Source: Ignicoccus hospitalis KIN4/I
GTDB lineage: Archaea; Thermoproteota; Thermoprotei_A; Sulfolobales; Ignicoccaceae
Length of the DNA stretch: 32,000 nt
Direction: 5' to 3'
NCBI RefSeq assembly: GCF_000017945.1
Contig: NC_009776.1
Coordinates: 1,200,001-1,232,000, forward strand
Shown: piece after piece, positions 22,253 through 29,991 of the stretch
Layout of the letters: each line of letters starts with the position of its first letter
How positions within the stretch are numbered: position 1 is the first letter of the stretch
Notes under the pieces: generated by a model
Databases searched by the model: none
Seen by the model: only the letters and a program-made list of their open reading frames with translations
What the model was told of the DNA's origin: nothing
Made by a program: the position numbers and the translations under genes

Positions 22253-24247
22253 ATGTCCGAGAAGGTTAACCGTCCGGTAAGGAAGGAGGAGAAGAAGGAC
22301 CCCAAGATGGTCCTCCTAGCCCCTAACGTCAAGAGGATAAAGGGCAACACTGCCGAGATATTCATTGACCCCATAACGAGGATCGAAGGCCACCTAGGCC
22401 TCAAGGCAGAGGTTGACGTAACCAGCAGGAAGACCACCAACACTTGGGTGTTCGCCACCATGTTCAGAGGCTTCGAAGTGTTCATGAGGGGGAGGCCGCC
22501 TGAGGACGCCATCGCGATATCCTCTAGGGTCTGCGGCGTTTGCGGCGCCAGCCACGCCAACGCGGCCACTATGGCGACCGACATGGCGCTGGGCGCCGTG
22601 CCCACTCCCTTAGGAGTGGTCCTCAGGAACATGGCTTTCGTGATGACCGACTTGCTATATGATCACGCTATAATACTTAACTTGCTCGGAGGGCCGGACT
22701 ACAGCGAGGTCGCGGTCAGCAAGCTCACCCCCAGCTGCTGGGAGGCCGCCAAGACCACGCCGGCCGAGTACTCCGCGGTCCACGGCTACAGGACGATAGC
22801 CGACATAATGAAGGATATGAACCCGATAACCGGGAGGATATGGCAGCTCACCGTGAAGTATCAGAGGATAGCGAGAGAGGCCGGCGTGCTCATTTACGGA
22901 AGGCACTCCCACCCCGCCACTTTGATACCCGGCGGCATAAGCACCGACTTGAGCACCGCTCAGTACCTCTTCGAGGGCTACGCCTTCCGCCTGACCCAAC
23001 TGACCGCTTGGACCAAGTTCGTGGTAGCTGTGTGGATGGATTTGGCAGACTTCTATAACAAGAACTGCAACTACGAGGACGAGGGTTACACGTACTCGAA
23101 GCCTATACTCTACTCCTCCGGCGTCTTCGACGACCCCGAGGCTTACAGCCAGCTCGGCGACGATTACAAGACCATATATGAGAAGATAGACGAAGTGGCC
23201 AAGAAGAGGGCAGCGCCGCCAGGGCTCTACATAGGAGGGGAGTTGGTAACCGAGAACATCACGGAGCACCAGAGGAACGTAGTAGAGCTCGTGGACAGCT
23301 CCTTCTACGAGGAATGGAAAGACAAGACCACCCTCTTCACTAAGACCGACCCGGCGGGCAACCCGCTGGTGGGAGGCGACGAGACCCTAGTGTGGTACCA
23401 CCCGTGGAACAAGACCACCATCCCGAGGCCCACGGACAGCAGTTGGAGCGGCAAGTACAGCTGGGCGGCCACCGTAAGGCTGTACTGGAAAGGGAAGCTA
23501 TACCCGTTCGAAGTCGGCCCGATAGCCAAGATGTACGTAATGGCCCACAGCAACTTGAAGGGTTGGGTCGAGGAGGAAGGGGCGCCCGTCAAGCACGGCG
23601 GCGGCAAGATAGAGGTGACCTTGCCGGCCTCCCGCAACGTGACCGACCTGCCTAAGGGCACTTGGGAAGAGGTGACCTTCACCTACTACGCACCCCCCAA
23701 GAGCACTACCATAGAGAGGGTCAGGGCGAGGGCCTTCGACATGGCGGTCGACGTAGCCGACGCGTGGGCGTTCGTACTGAGGGGGCTGTACTACATCAAC
23801 AGCAAGGGAATGACCCAAGCCTCCAGGCCTTGGAAGGAGCCGGCCTTCTCGCTGGGCTTCGGCCAGCTAGAGGTGCCCAGAGGGAACGTGGAGCACTGGA
23901 TAGTGGTGAAGAACGGGAGAATAGCGAACTACCAGATCCACGCGCCCACTACCCAGAACGTAGGTCCGAGGGCCCCCAAGGGAGAGCTAGCTAGGTACTG
24001 TGCCAACGAGCCTTGGGTCACCAAGAGCCCAGAGGGCTACTGCCTAAGCCCGTTCGAGGCCGCGGCGCTCCACACCGTAGTGAGTGAGGAGGTGGAGCCG
24101 GAGAAGTGGACCGGCTTGGACTACGTGAGGGCGATAAGGAGCTTCGACCCGTGCATAGCTTGTGCCGCTCACATAGAGTTCGTGAAGAACAAGAAGGTGC
24201 TAAAGAGCGTTAAGAAGCTACTCACCAACGCGTGTTCCATACAATAA
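22253..24247 (+). CDS. hynL: [NiFe] hydrogenase large subunit
   Basis: RIEGH, RVCGVCGASH (N-terminal Ni-Fe ligands), HSHPATLIPGG, and the C-terminal DPCIACAAH followed by a 24-aa extension (a substrate for the maturation endopeptidase). Confidence 0.9.
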   Translation: MSEKVNRPVRKEEKKDPKMVLLAPNVKRIKGNTAEIFIDPITRIEGHLGLKAEVDVTSRKTTNTWVFATMFRGFEVFMRGRPPEDAIAISSRVCGVCGASHANAATMATDMALGAVPTPLGVVLRNMAFVMTDLLYDHAIILNLLGGPDYSEVAVSKLTPSCWEAAKTTPAEYSAVHGYRTIADIMKDMNPITGRIWQLTVKYQRIAREAGVLIYGRHSHPATLIPGGISTDLSTAQYLFEGYAFRLTQLTAWTKFVVAVWMDLADFYNKNCNYEDEGYTYSKPILYSSGVFDDPEAYSQLGDDYKTIYEKIDEVAKKRAAPPGLYIGGELVTENITEHQRNVVELVDSSFYEEWKDKTTLFTKTDPAGNPLVGGDETLVWYHPWNKTTIPRPTDSSWSGKYSWAATVRLYWKGKLYPFEVGPIAKMYVMAHSNLKGWVEEEGAPVKHGGGKIEVTLPASRNVTDLPKGTWEEVTFTYYAPPKSTTIERVRARAFDMAVDVADAWAFVLRGLYYINSKGMTQASRPWKEPAFSLGFGQLEVPRGNVEHWIVVKNGRIANYQIHAPTTQNVGPRAPKGELARYCANEPWVTKSPEGYCLSPFEAAALHTVVSEEVEPEKWTGLDYVRAIRSFDPCIACAAHIEFVKNKKVLKSVKKLLTNACSIQ

Positions 24248-24249
24248 GC

Positions 24250-24258
24250 TTTTTGTTT
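24250..24258 (+). terminator. Oligo-T tract (TTTTTGTTT) immediately after hynL
   Basis: Begins 3 nt after the TAA at 24245..24247. It may attenuate rather than fully terminate, since isp1 follows with its own SD. Confidence 0.3.
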
Positions 24259-24313
24259 ACCTAGTGGAAAGTAGACCGTTTTAAGGTCAAGTTTGACCGG
24301 AAGGTGAGGAGCC

Positions 24314-25138
24314 ATGACGGTCGGAGGCTGGGGATCGCCCAGCGACCTCTTCAACTTCGCCGTGTACTACCTACTAATACCCTCGGTGTTCGTGTTCAGC
24401 GCCGGGTTCACTTACAGGATAGTGAAAATGATACTGAACGCGAGGATAGGGCCGGCCCAGAAGGGCCACAACAGCTTCCCAGAGCTGGTGAAGGGCCTAA
24501 TCATGACTTTCATAAGACCGATACTCTTCAGCGCGAAGACCAGGCCGGACGACTTCGTGACCGGGCTGGTGTTCCTTCACATAATCGGCGTCATACCGCT
24601 GCTGTTCCTAATGGGCGAACACATAGCGTTCTGGGTGTATTACGTGCCGGGGTACATCAACCTATGGCCCTTCAACGTACCGCTGAGCATGACCACTGCA
24701 GTACTAACGGTGACTTCACCCATCACCCCGTCCAGCAACATGGCCTTCGCGTTCGTCAACACCATATGGGGCCCGCTGACGGTAGTGCTCAACGGAGACT
24801 TGATGGCACTGCTAGTGTTAATAGCGATAGGCTACAAGTGCGCCTTGAGGCTGACCGAAATAGTGCTCAAACACAACCACACCCCGGCTAGGATAGGGGA
24901 CTTCGTAGCCTACGCGCTGCTGTTCCTCATAGTGTTCTTCGGCTACGCTGCCGCGAGGCACTGGCCGTCCAGCGACGTCGTTACCTACCGTAACGTGCTG
25001 GGCCTTCACGTGCTGTTCGCGGAACTGCTCTTGATGTACATACCGTTTAGTAAGTACTGGCACTTCGTTTTTGGGTACTGGTACGGCAAGCTCCACGAGT
25101 GGTATGACTTAGACGTGAAGAGGGGTGAGGCGATATGA
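24314..25138 (+). CDS. isp1: Isp1: NarI/HdrE/DsrM-like integral-membrane di-heme b-type cytochrome
   Basis: Polytopic membrane protein with conserved His in helices (FLHIIGV, GLHVLFAELLLMYIPFSKYWHF). The PFSKxxH element is typical of the nitrate-reductase gamma family. SD GGTGAGGAG lies at 24303..24311. Confidence 0.8.
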   Translation: MTVGGWGSPSDLFNFAVYYLLIPSVFVFSAGFTYRIVKMILNARIGPAQKGHNSFPELVKGLIMTFIRPILFSAKTRPDDFVTGLVFLHIIGVIPLLFLMGEHIAFWVYYVPGYINLWPFNVPLSMTTAVLTVTSPITPSSNMAFAFVNTIWGPLTVVLNGDLMALLVLIAIGYKCALRLTEIVLKHNHTPARIGDFVAYALLFLIVFFGYAAARHWPSSDVVTYRNVLGLHVLFAELLLMYIPFSKYWHFVFGYWYGKLHEWYDLDVKRGEAI

Positions 25139-26574
25139 GCGAGAGTATGGACTTCTCCCGCATGATGCAAATGTTAATGTCTCAAAAGACGAGCATAGAC
25201 GAAGCGATAAAGAAGGCCATGAAAAAGGTAGACGCAGTGATGATACATTACATCGAGGACTGCTTGAACTGCGGCACGTGTTCGCCCGCTTGTCCCTACT
25301 TCGTGGCGGGGCCGCAGTACAGCCCGGTCAACAAGGCAGAGGAGCTGAGGAAGATCTACCGCAGAGAGATGACCATACTGGGGAGACTGTTAGGCCCGCT
25401 GGTGGGCGCGGACAAGCCTAAGACTGAGGAAGACATGAAGAGGCTAATGGACCTCGTATACGCTTGTACCAACTGCGGCCACTGCTACTACACTTGCACC
25501 GTAGGCATACACAGCGGAACTATGATAGGACTGCTGAAGAGCATACTCACAGAAGCCGGCTACGTCCCCACCCTGCTGAACTTGTTCGAAGCCATAGAAG
25601 TTCAGAACATGCACATGAAGATACCGGGCCTAAAGAAGGTCTGGGAAGACGCCCTCAAGGAGGCGCAAGAGAAGTACGGGGAAATAGAGTTCGACAAGCC
25701 TAACGTCGACGTATTCTTCTTGAGTTGGTTGACGGACGCTATGATGATGAGGGAAGGCTTCATAGCCACCATCGGAATATTGAACAAGCTAAAGGAAGCC
25801 GGGCTCATCACTTGGACCACGTGGAGGGAGCCGCTGGGCATAAGGTCCCCGATCTCGGTGGTCATCGGTAGGAGCGAGAACGCGGCCGCCGTAATGAGGA
25901 GGATAGTAGAATACATAGAGAAGATAAAGCCCAAGTATGTAGTAATGATGGACGGCGGCTTCACCTACCCAACCTTCAGGTTCACCATGTACCCCACTAT
26001 AGTCAAGATACTGGGGAAGAAGCCGGAGTGGAAAGTCATACACATCACGGAGCTCTTGGCCATGCTGCTCAGAGAAGGGAAGATAGCATTCAAACAAGTT
26101 AACGAGCCCATAACGTGGCACGACCCCTGCCAGATGGGCAGACACTCCAGGGTGTTCGAGCCGCCCAGGGAGCTGCTCAAGGCGGCGAGCAAGGGTTACA
26201 GGGACCTGCCCCACAACAGGGAGATGAACTACTGCTGCGGAGGAGGGGGAGGCATAGGCTGTATACTTAGAGAAGTGAGGGTTATGATGGGCCAGCTAGT
26301 GGGCCAAGAGATAAGGCTGCCGCCGGACGAGGAGGAGTTCGAGAGGAGGATCGAGGAGCGCTTGAAGCTAGCAACCCGTAGGAAGGTGGACGACATAGCG
26401 AAGAGCGGCGCCAAGCTGGTGCTAACCGCTTGTCCGGCGTGCATAGAGACCATACAGAGAGGGATAAATTGGCACGGCAAGGACTACGGCATAGAAGACG
26501 TGCAAGTGAAGCACATATCCGAGTACTTGGTGGACAAGCTAATAGCCCCCGCTCCCAGCAAGCCTGCTCATTAA
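25135..26574 (+). CDS. isp2: Isp2: HdrD/DsrK-like iron-sulfur protein (2x[4Fe-4S] plus CCG domain)
   Basis: CLNCGTCSPACP and CTNCGHCYYTCT ferredoxin motifs. One intact CCG-domain signature is present (HDPC...NYCCGGGGG...CPAC). The ATG overlaps the isp1 TGA (ATGA). Confidence 0.8.
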   Translation: MSESMDFSRMMQMLMSQKTSIDEAIKKAMKKVDAVMIHYIEDCLNCGTCSPACPYFVAGPQYSPVNKAEELRKIYRREMTILGRLLGPLVGADKPKTEEDMKRLMDLVYACTNCGHCYYTCTVGIHSGTMIGLLKSILTEAGYVPTLLNLFEAIEVQNMHMKIPGLKKVWEDALKEAQEKYGEIEFDKPNVDVFFLSWLTDAMMMREGFIATIGILNKLKEAGLITWTTWREPLGIRSPISVVIGRSENAAAVMRRIVEYIEKIKPKYVVMMDGGFTYPTFRFTMYPTIVKILGKKPEWKVIHITELLAMLLREGKIAFKQVNEPITWHDPCQMGRHSRVFEPPRELLKAASKGYRDLPHNREMNYCCGGGGGIGCILREVRVMMGQLVGQEIRLPPDEEEFERRIEERLKLATRRKVDDIAKSGAKLVLTACPACIETIQRGINWHGKDYGIEDVQVKHISEYLVDKLIAPAPSKPAH

Positions 26575-27078
26575 CCTCTTTTTGCACACCTCACAAAACG
26601 CCGCCTCCTTCTCGTCCACCTCTAGTATTGAGTTAGAGAAGCTCATAACGCACCTAGGGTTGGGGCAGTGGGGGAGGCCCAGCAGGTGGCCCAGCTCGTG
26701 TAGGACTTCCTTTTCTACTCTTTTCAAGAACTTCTCCTCGTCCGGGAGCCAGCCGTAGAACTCGTTCCTCAACCTCGCTAGGAAGACCCCTCCCACCCCG
26801 AGGGCCGGGAGCGCTACCCCAAAGACGAAGTTGAGGCCCTCCTCGTAGCCGTCCGCGTCTATGAGGTATAAGGTTAAGAACCCGTCAACCCTCCCCAAGG
26901 TCTTTAACAGCTCCGAGGCCAAGTACTGCCTCCTCTTCCAATTGTAAGCCTCGAGGTTGGGTTGAAGCTTGTGGTAGTCTATTAGGACGGGCAAGCCGGT
27001 CTCCCTAATTATTGCCTCTTTCGCCCTCACGAGCGCTTCCGTGGAGACGTCGCCCACCCTCCGGAGCAGTACCTTCAA
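26539..27078 (-). CDS. amzA: Archaemetzincin (peptidase M54 zinc metalloprotease)
   Basis: HELGHLLGLPHCPNPRCVMSFSNSILEVDEKEAAFCEVCKK matches the archaemetzincin HExxHxxGxxxCxxxxCxM...CxxC signature. Confidence 0.85.
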   Translation of the reverse strand: MKVLLRRVGDVSTEALVRAKEAIIRETGLPVLIDYHKLQPNLEAYNWKRRQYLASELLKTLGRVDGFLTLYLIDADGYEEGLNFVFGVALPALGVGGVFLARLRNEFYGWLPDEEKFLKRVEKEVLHELGHLLGLPHCPNPRCVMSFSNSILEVDEKEAAFCEVCKKRLMSRLAGSGGY

Positions 27079-27118
27079 AGTTCCCGTCCCTTCGTCCCCT
27101 TCGTCGTGGGAGAGTATA

Positions 27119-27964
27119 ATGGCTCAACCCCCCTTGGTCTTCGGCGGGCGGCTAGAGGAGGGCTCGCCCTACGCGGTGTTAGGGGTACCTCTGGAGCACG
27201 GGCCCACGTTTAGGGAAGGCACCCGGTGGGCCCCGTTAGAAGTTCGCAAGGCCTCCAACTACATCGAGTTTAGGTGTGAGCTCAGCGGCTCGGACGCGGA
27301 CCTCCTCGGGTTTTACGACTTGGGCGACGTCCCCGTGGTCAACGACGTGAAGGAGTCCTTAAAGCTCGTCGAGGCTGAAGTAAGCTCGACTAAGAAAGTT
27401 CCTTTGATAATAGGGGGCGAACATACCCTCACTTACGCCGCGCTAAAGGCCTTGAGGCCCGACTGCCTAGTGGTCTTCGACGCCCACTTGGACGCGAGGG
27501 ACGAGTACGCGGGAGACCCTTGGAGCCACGCGAGCTGGCTCAGGAGGGCGCTGGAGGAGCTCGAGCTCTCGAGGGTGGCGGTAGCCGGGGCCAGGGCGTA
27601 CGTCGAGGAGGAGGCCCGGTTCCTAGGGAAGAGAGGAGTGTTGTTCGGGAAAGACTTGAGAGGATTTTTAAAAAGGTACTTGAGGGGGTGCAAGTCGATA
27701 TACGTAAGCTTGGACATGGACTACTTCGACCCCTCGGTGGTCCCCGGAGTCTCCAACCCGGAGCCGGGGGGAGCGACGTTCTCGGACTTCTTAGAGCACG
27801 TAAAAGAGTTGCAACACTTGCCCTTAGCCGGCGCGGACGTGGTGGAGCTCTCCCCGCCCTACGACCCCTCCGGGGTCAGCGCGGTCTACGCCGCGAGGGC
27901 CCTCATAGAGTTAGCTACTTCTTTGAGACCTCTTTCTCGATCTCCTCTAAGTCCATCTCGTTGA
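27119..27964 (+). CDS. speB: Agmatinase / ureohydrolase-family enzyme
   Basis: [32 protein letters not shown] and GADVVELSP are the arginase-fold Mn-binding motifs. Start taken at ATG 27119 ([10 protein letters not shown]...). Confidence 0.8.
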   Translation: MAQPPLVFGGRLEEGSPYAVLGVPLEHGPTFREGTRWAPLEVRKASNYIEFRCELSGSDADLLGFYDLGDVPVVNDVKESLKLVEAEVSSTKKVPLIIGGEHTLTYAALKALRPDCLVVFDAHLDARDEYAGDPWSHASWLRRALEELELSRVAVAGARAYVEEEARFLGKRGVLFGKDLRGFLKRYLRGCKSIYVSLDMDYFDPSVVPGVSNPEPGGATFSDFLEHVKELQHLPLAGADVVELSPPYDPSGVSAVYAARALIELATSLRPLSRSPLSPSR

Positions 27965-28877
27965 GGACCTTCATTATCTCCTTGTACCTGTTTCTCACAG
28001 TGACCTCGGTTACTCCGGCAACGTTCGCTATCTCCTTCTGCGTCCTCCTTTCGCCCTTCTGCATGACAGCTATGTATATCACTGCCGCCGCTATGCCCGC
28101 GGGGTCCTTTCCGGCGGTTATCGGGTGCCCCTTTATCTTTTCCATGATCTTCATGGCGTATTCTATTATATCGCCCCTGAGCTTGAGGGCCTCGCCTATT
28201 CTGGGTATGTGGTCCATTGCGTCGGCGATGGGCACCTTTAGTTTGAGCTCTTTAGTTATAAGCCTGTAACACCTGGCCACTTCTTTCCTATTCACCTCCA
28301 ACTTCTTAGCTATCTCGTCCAAGGTGCGCGGTTGGTGGTGGATCCTACAAGCGGCATATATTACAGCCGCTACTACGGACTCTATGCTCCTCCCCCTAAC
28401 GAGGCCCTTCTCCACGGCCTTCCTATAGATTACCGCCGCCTCTTCCTTGATCTGTTTCGGGAGGTTCAAGAGGTTTGCCATCCTGTCGAGCTCGTTCATA
28501 GCTATAGTTAGGTTCCTATCCATACCCGTCTGGATGCGCGCCCTGAGCTGCCACTTCCTAAGCCTCTGGACTTCTTGCCTCTTCCTAGGGCTTAGGCGCT
28601 TCCCTAACGCGTCCCGATCCCTATGATCTATAACCGTGGACAAGCCGTGGTCGTGGAGGGTGGGAGAGAGGGGGGCGCCGGTCCTACCCCTCCTTTCCCT
28701 CTCCTCGGGGGTGAAGGCCCTCCACTCGGGGCCTTGGTCCACGTACCGGTCCAGCACTATGGTACCGCAACGGGCGCACACGTACTCCCCGGTCTCCTCG
28801 TTGAAGACTATGTCGGTGCTCCCGCACACGGGGCAACGGAGCCTAAAAGCCTCCTGTTCGGGCAACCTAGCCCACAC
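27915..28877 (-). CDS. tfb: Transcription initiation factor B (TFIIB homologue)
   Basis: N-terminal zinc ribbon [24 protein letters not shown], a B-finger/linker, and two cyclin-fold repeats ([18 protein letters not shown]; [14 protein letters not shown]). GTG start. Confidence 0.9.
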   Translation of the reverse strand: MWARLPEQEAFRLRCPVCGSTDIVFNEETGEYVCARCGTIVLDRYVDQGPEWRAFTPEERERRGRTGAPLSPTLHDHGLSTVIDHRDRDALGKRLSPRKRQEVQRLRKWQLRARIQTGMDRNLTIAMNELDRMANLLNLPKQIKEEAAVIYRKAVEKGLVRGRSIESVVAAVIYAACRIHHQPRTLDEIAKKLEVNRKEVARCYRLITKELKLKVPIADAMDHIPRIGEALKLRGDIIEYAMKIMEKIKGHPITAGKDPAGIAAAVIYIAVMQKGERRTQKEIANVAGVTEVTVRNRYKEIMKVLNEMDLEEIEKEVSKK

Positions 28878-28912
28878 CCCTTTTACTCGTTTCGTTGATT
28901 ACACGACCCTAG

Positions 28913-28927
28913 ATATTTATAAATTTT
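28913..28927 (-). promoter_or_regulatory. TATA box region (AAAATTTATAAATAT on the minus strand) of tfb
   Basis: The strongest AT-rich element in the 120-nt gap between tRNA-Trp and tfb, about 40 nt upstream of the GTG at 28877. Confidence 0.45.
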
Positions 28928-28997
28928 ACGCATGAGGTGTACTATCTCTAAGCGAAGGATAGGAGGGGGTAGGAGCCCCGCAGACCCCTCGCGGGTG

Positions 28998-29145
28998 TGG
29001 TGGGCCCGGGGGGATTTGAACCCCCGACCTACGGGTCTCTCCTACACGGGTCACCGCTCCAGACCGCGATCATCGCCTCGCGGCTCTTCCAGACCCGTAG
29101 ATTTCGTCTGGAGCCCGCCGCTCTGCCTGGCTGAGCTACGGGCCC
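28998..29145 (-). tRNA. tRNA-Trp (anticodon CCA) interrupted by a 71-nt intron at the canonical 37/38 position; CCA encoded
   Basis: Exons: GGGCCCGTAGCTCAGCCAGGCAGAGCGGCGGGCTCCAG | ACCCGTAGGTCGGGGGTTCAAATCCCCCCGGGCCCACCA. They give a 77-nt cloverleaf with anticodon loop CTCCAGA. CUCC (nt 32-35) pairs with the intron 3' GGAG as a 4-bp helix flanked by AG|A bulges at both junctions, which is BHB-like. Confidence 0.85.
29037..29107 (-). other. tRNA-Trp intron (71 nt)
   Basis: ACGAAAUCUACGGGUCUGGAAGAGCCGCGAGGCGAUGAUCGCGGUCUGGAGCGGUGACCCGUGUAGGAGAG. The boundaries could shift by 1 nt because an A flanks both junctions. Confidence 0.75.
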
Positions 29146-29190
29146 ACCAGATTTCATCCGTGTTGTACGTATGACCGGGGTTTAAAATGC

Positions 29191-29991
29191 TTAACAGCAC
29201 GCCTTCTTTATGAGGAGAGCGCTCACTTCTTCCGCCTCCTCCACCCCTAGCCCCTTCAAGTTGGAGGCGAACAGCTCCCTACCGGCCTCCACGCCTCTGC
29301 ACAAGGCCCTCCTCAGCCCTCGGGCGGGGAGCCATATCACGGCGTCCAGGTTCAAGGTCTTCATTCCGGCCTCCCTCGCTGCGCGGGCCCACGTCCTCAC
29401 CGCCTCGTCCCGCTTTGCTCCCATTATCTCTTCGACCGTGCCCTCTACGAGTCCGGAGGCGCAAGTCACCGTCGCCACCCTACTGTCCACGGGTACGGGC
29501 ACGTCCCCCTCGGCCTCGACGCCGGCGGCCTTGAACGCGTAGTAGGCCATTTTAGAGGCGAACACCACGGTCTTCTCCGTACCCTTAGCTCCTAGGACCC
29601 TCGCGAGCTCTTGCCTTAACGCGTCCAAGTCCTTGTACCTCAAGGGGTTTGCAGAAACCCTCTCCAAGAACTCCTTGACCCTCTCTACCCTCCTCACCTT
29701 CTGCTCCTTCAACGCGACGTTGTACCTACTCTTTTTGATGAACTTTATGAGGTTCTCTACGGTTGGTTCGTGGGAGCTGAAGAACTCCCCGAACTCCGTC
29801 CAGTACTCCTCCCCAGTCCCCTTGAGCCTGTAGCTGACGAGCGCGTTGCCCACCACGACCCCTAAGGACGCGAGCCCGTGCCTTTGTACTACCTTCTTTA
29901 TTGCCTTCAACTGGGGATCCTTACTCTCTATCTGATCAACGTACTTCTTCAAAATAGAGAGGGCTTTTACGACGTCCTCCAACTCACGCAC
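29191..29991 (-). CDS. Probable archaeal 8-oxoguanine DNA glycosylase / N-glycosylase-DNA lyase (AGOG family)
   Basis: About 266 aa and helical. GNALVSYRL...GEEYW, KTVVFASKMAYYA and VPVPVDSRV (HhH-type PVD element) resemble Pyrobaculum-type AGOG as I recall it. GTG start overlapping the apgM stop by 8 nt. Confidence 0.6.
   Translation of the reverse strand: MRELEDVVKALSILKKYVDQIESKDPQLKAIKKVVQRHGLASLGVVVGNALVSYRLKGTGEEYWTEFGEFFSSHEPTVENLIKFIKKSRYNVALKEQKVRRVERVKEFLERVSANPLRYKDLDALRQELARVLGAKGTEKTVVFASKMAYYAFKAAGVEAEGDVPVPVDSRVATVTCASGLVEGTVEEIMGAKRDEAVRTWARAAREAGMKTLNLDAVIWLPARGLRRALCRGVEAGRELFASNLKGLGVEEAEEVSALLIKKACC

Noticed and set aside
22655-23818. Minus-strand ORFs 22655..23269 (204 aa), 23305..23682 and 23498..23818, and plus-strand alternative-frame ORFs inside hynL
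   Set aside because: They lie antisense or out of frame within a hydrogenase large-subunit gene carrying all Ni-Fe ligand motifs. Their composition is Arg/Gly/Val-rich and not protein-like.
24304-24891. 195-aa plus-strand ORF overlapping isp1 in another frame
   Set aside because: It is an Arg/Gln/His-rich hydrophilic translation. The competing frame gives a coherent polytopic NarI-like membrane protein preceded by an SD.
27088-27105. Tandem 9-nt direct repeat CCCTTCGTC x2 in the amzA/speB divergent spacer
   Set aside because: Only two copies, very short, with no flanking structure. It is too weak to call a regulatory repeat or a CRISPR- or mobile-element remnant.
27520-28269. 249-aa plus-strand ORF spanning the speB 3' end and running antisense to tfb
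   Set aside because: The first half is out of frame with the ureohydrolase motifs and is Gly/Arg-rich. The second half is antisense to the TFB cyclin repeats.
28878-28997. 120-nt gap between tRNA-Trp and tfb, checked as a possible additional ncRNA (G-rich stretch and CCCGC...GCGGG hairpin just after the CCA end)
   Set aside because: No C/D or H/ACA-like boxes and no extended structure that I could support. It is more simply the tRNA 3' trailer plus the tfb promoter (AAATTTATAAATAT).
28932-29174. 80-aa plus-strand ORF covering the tRNA-Trp locus; likewise 7379..7609 (minus), 7201..7578 (plus), 19480..19674 (plus) and 19588..19836 (minus) over the tRNA-Pro, tRNA-Leu and sRNA regions
   Set aside because: These regions fold as tRNAs or match C/D sRNA architecture. 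The ORF translations are Arg/Pro/Gly-rich, typical of GC-rich structured RNA genes read as protein.
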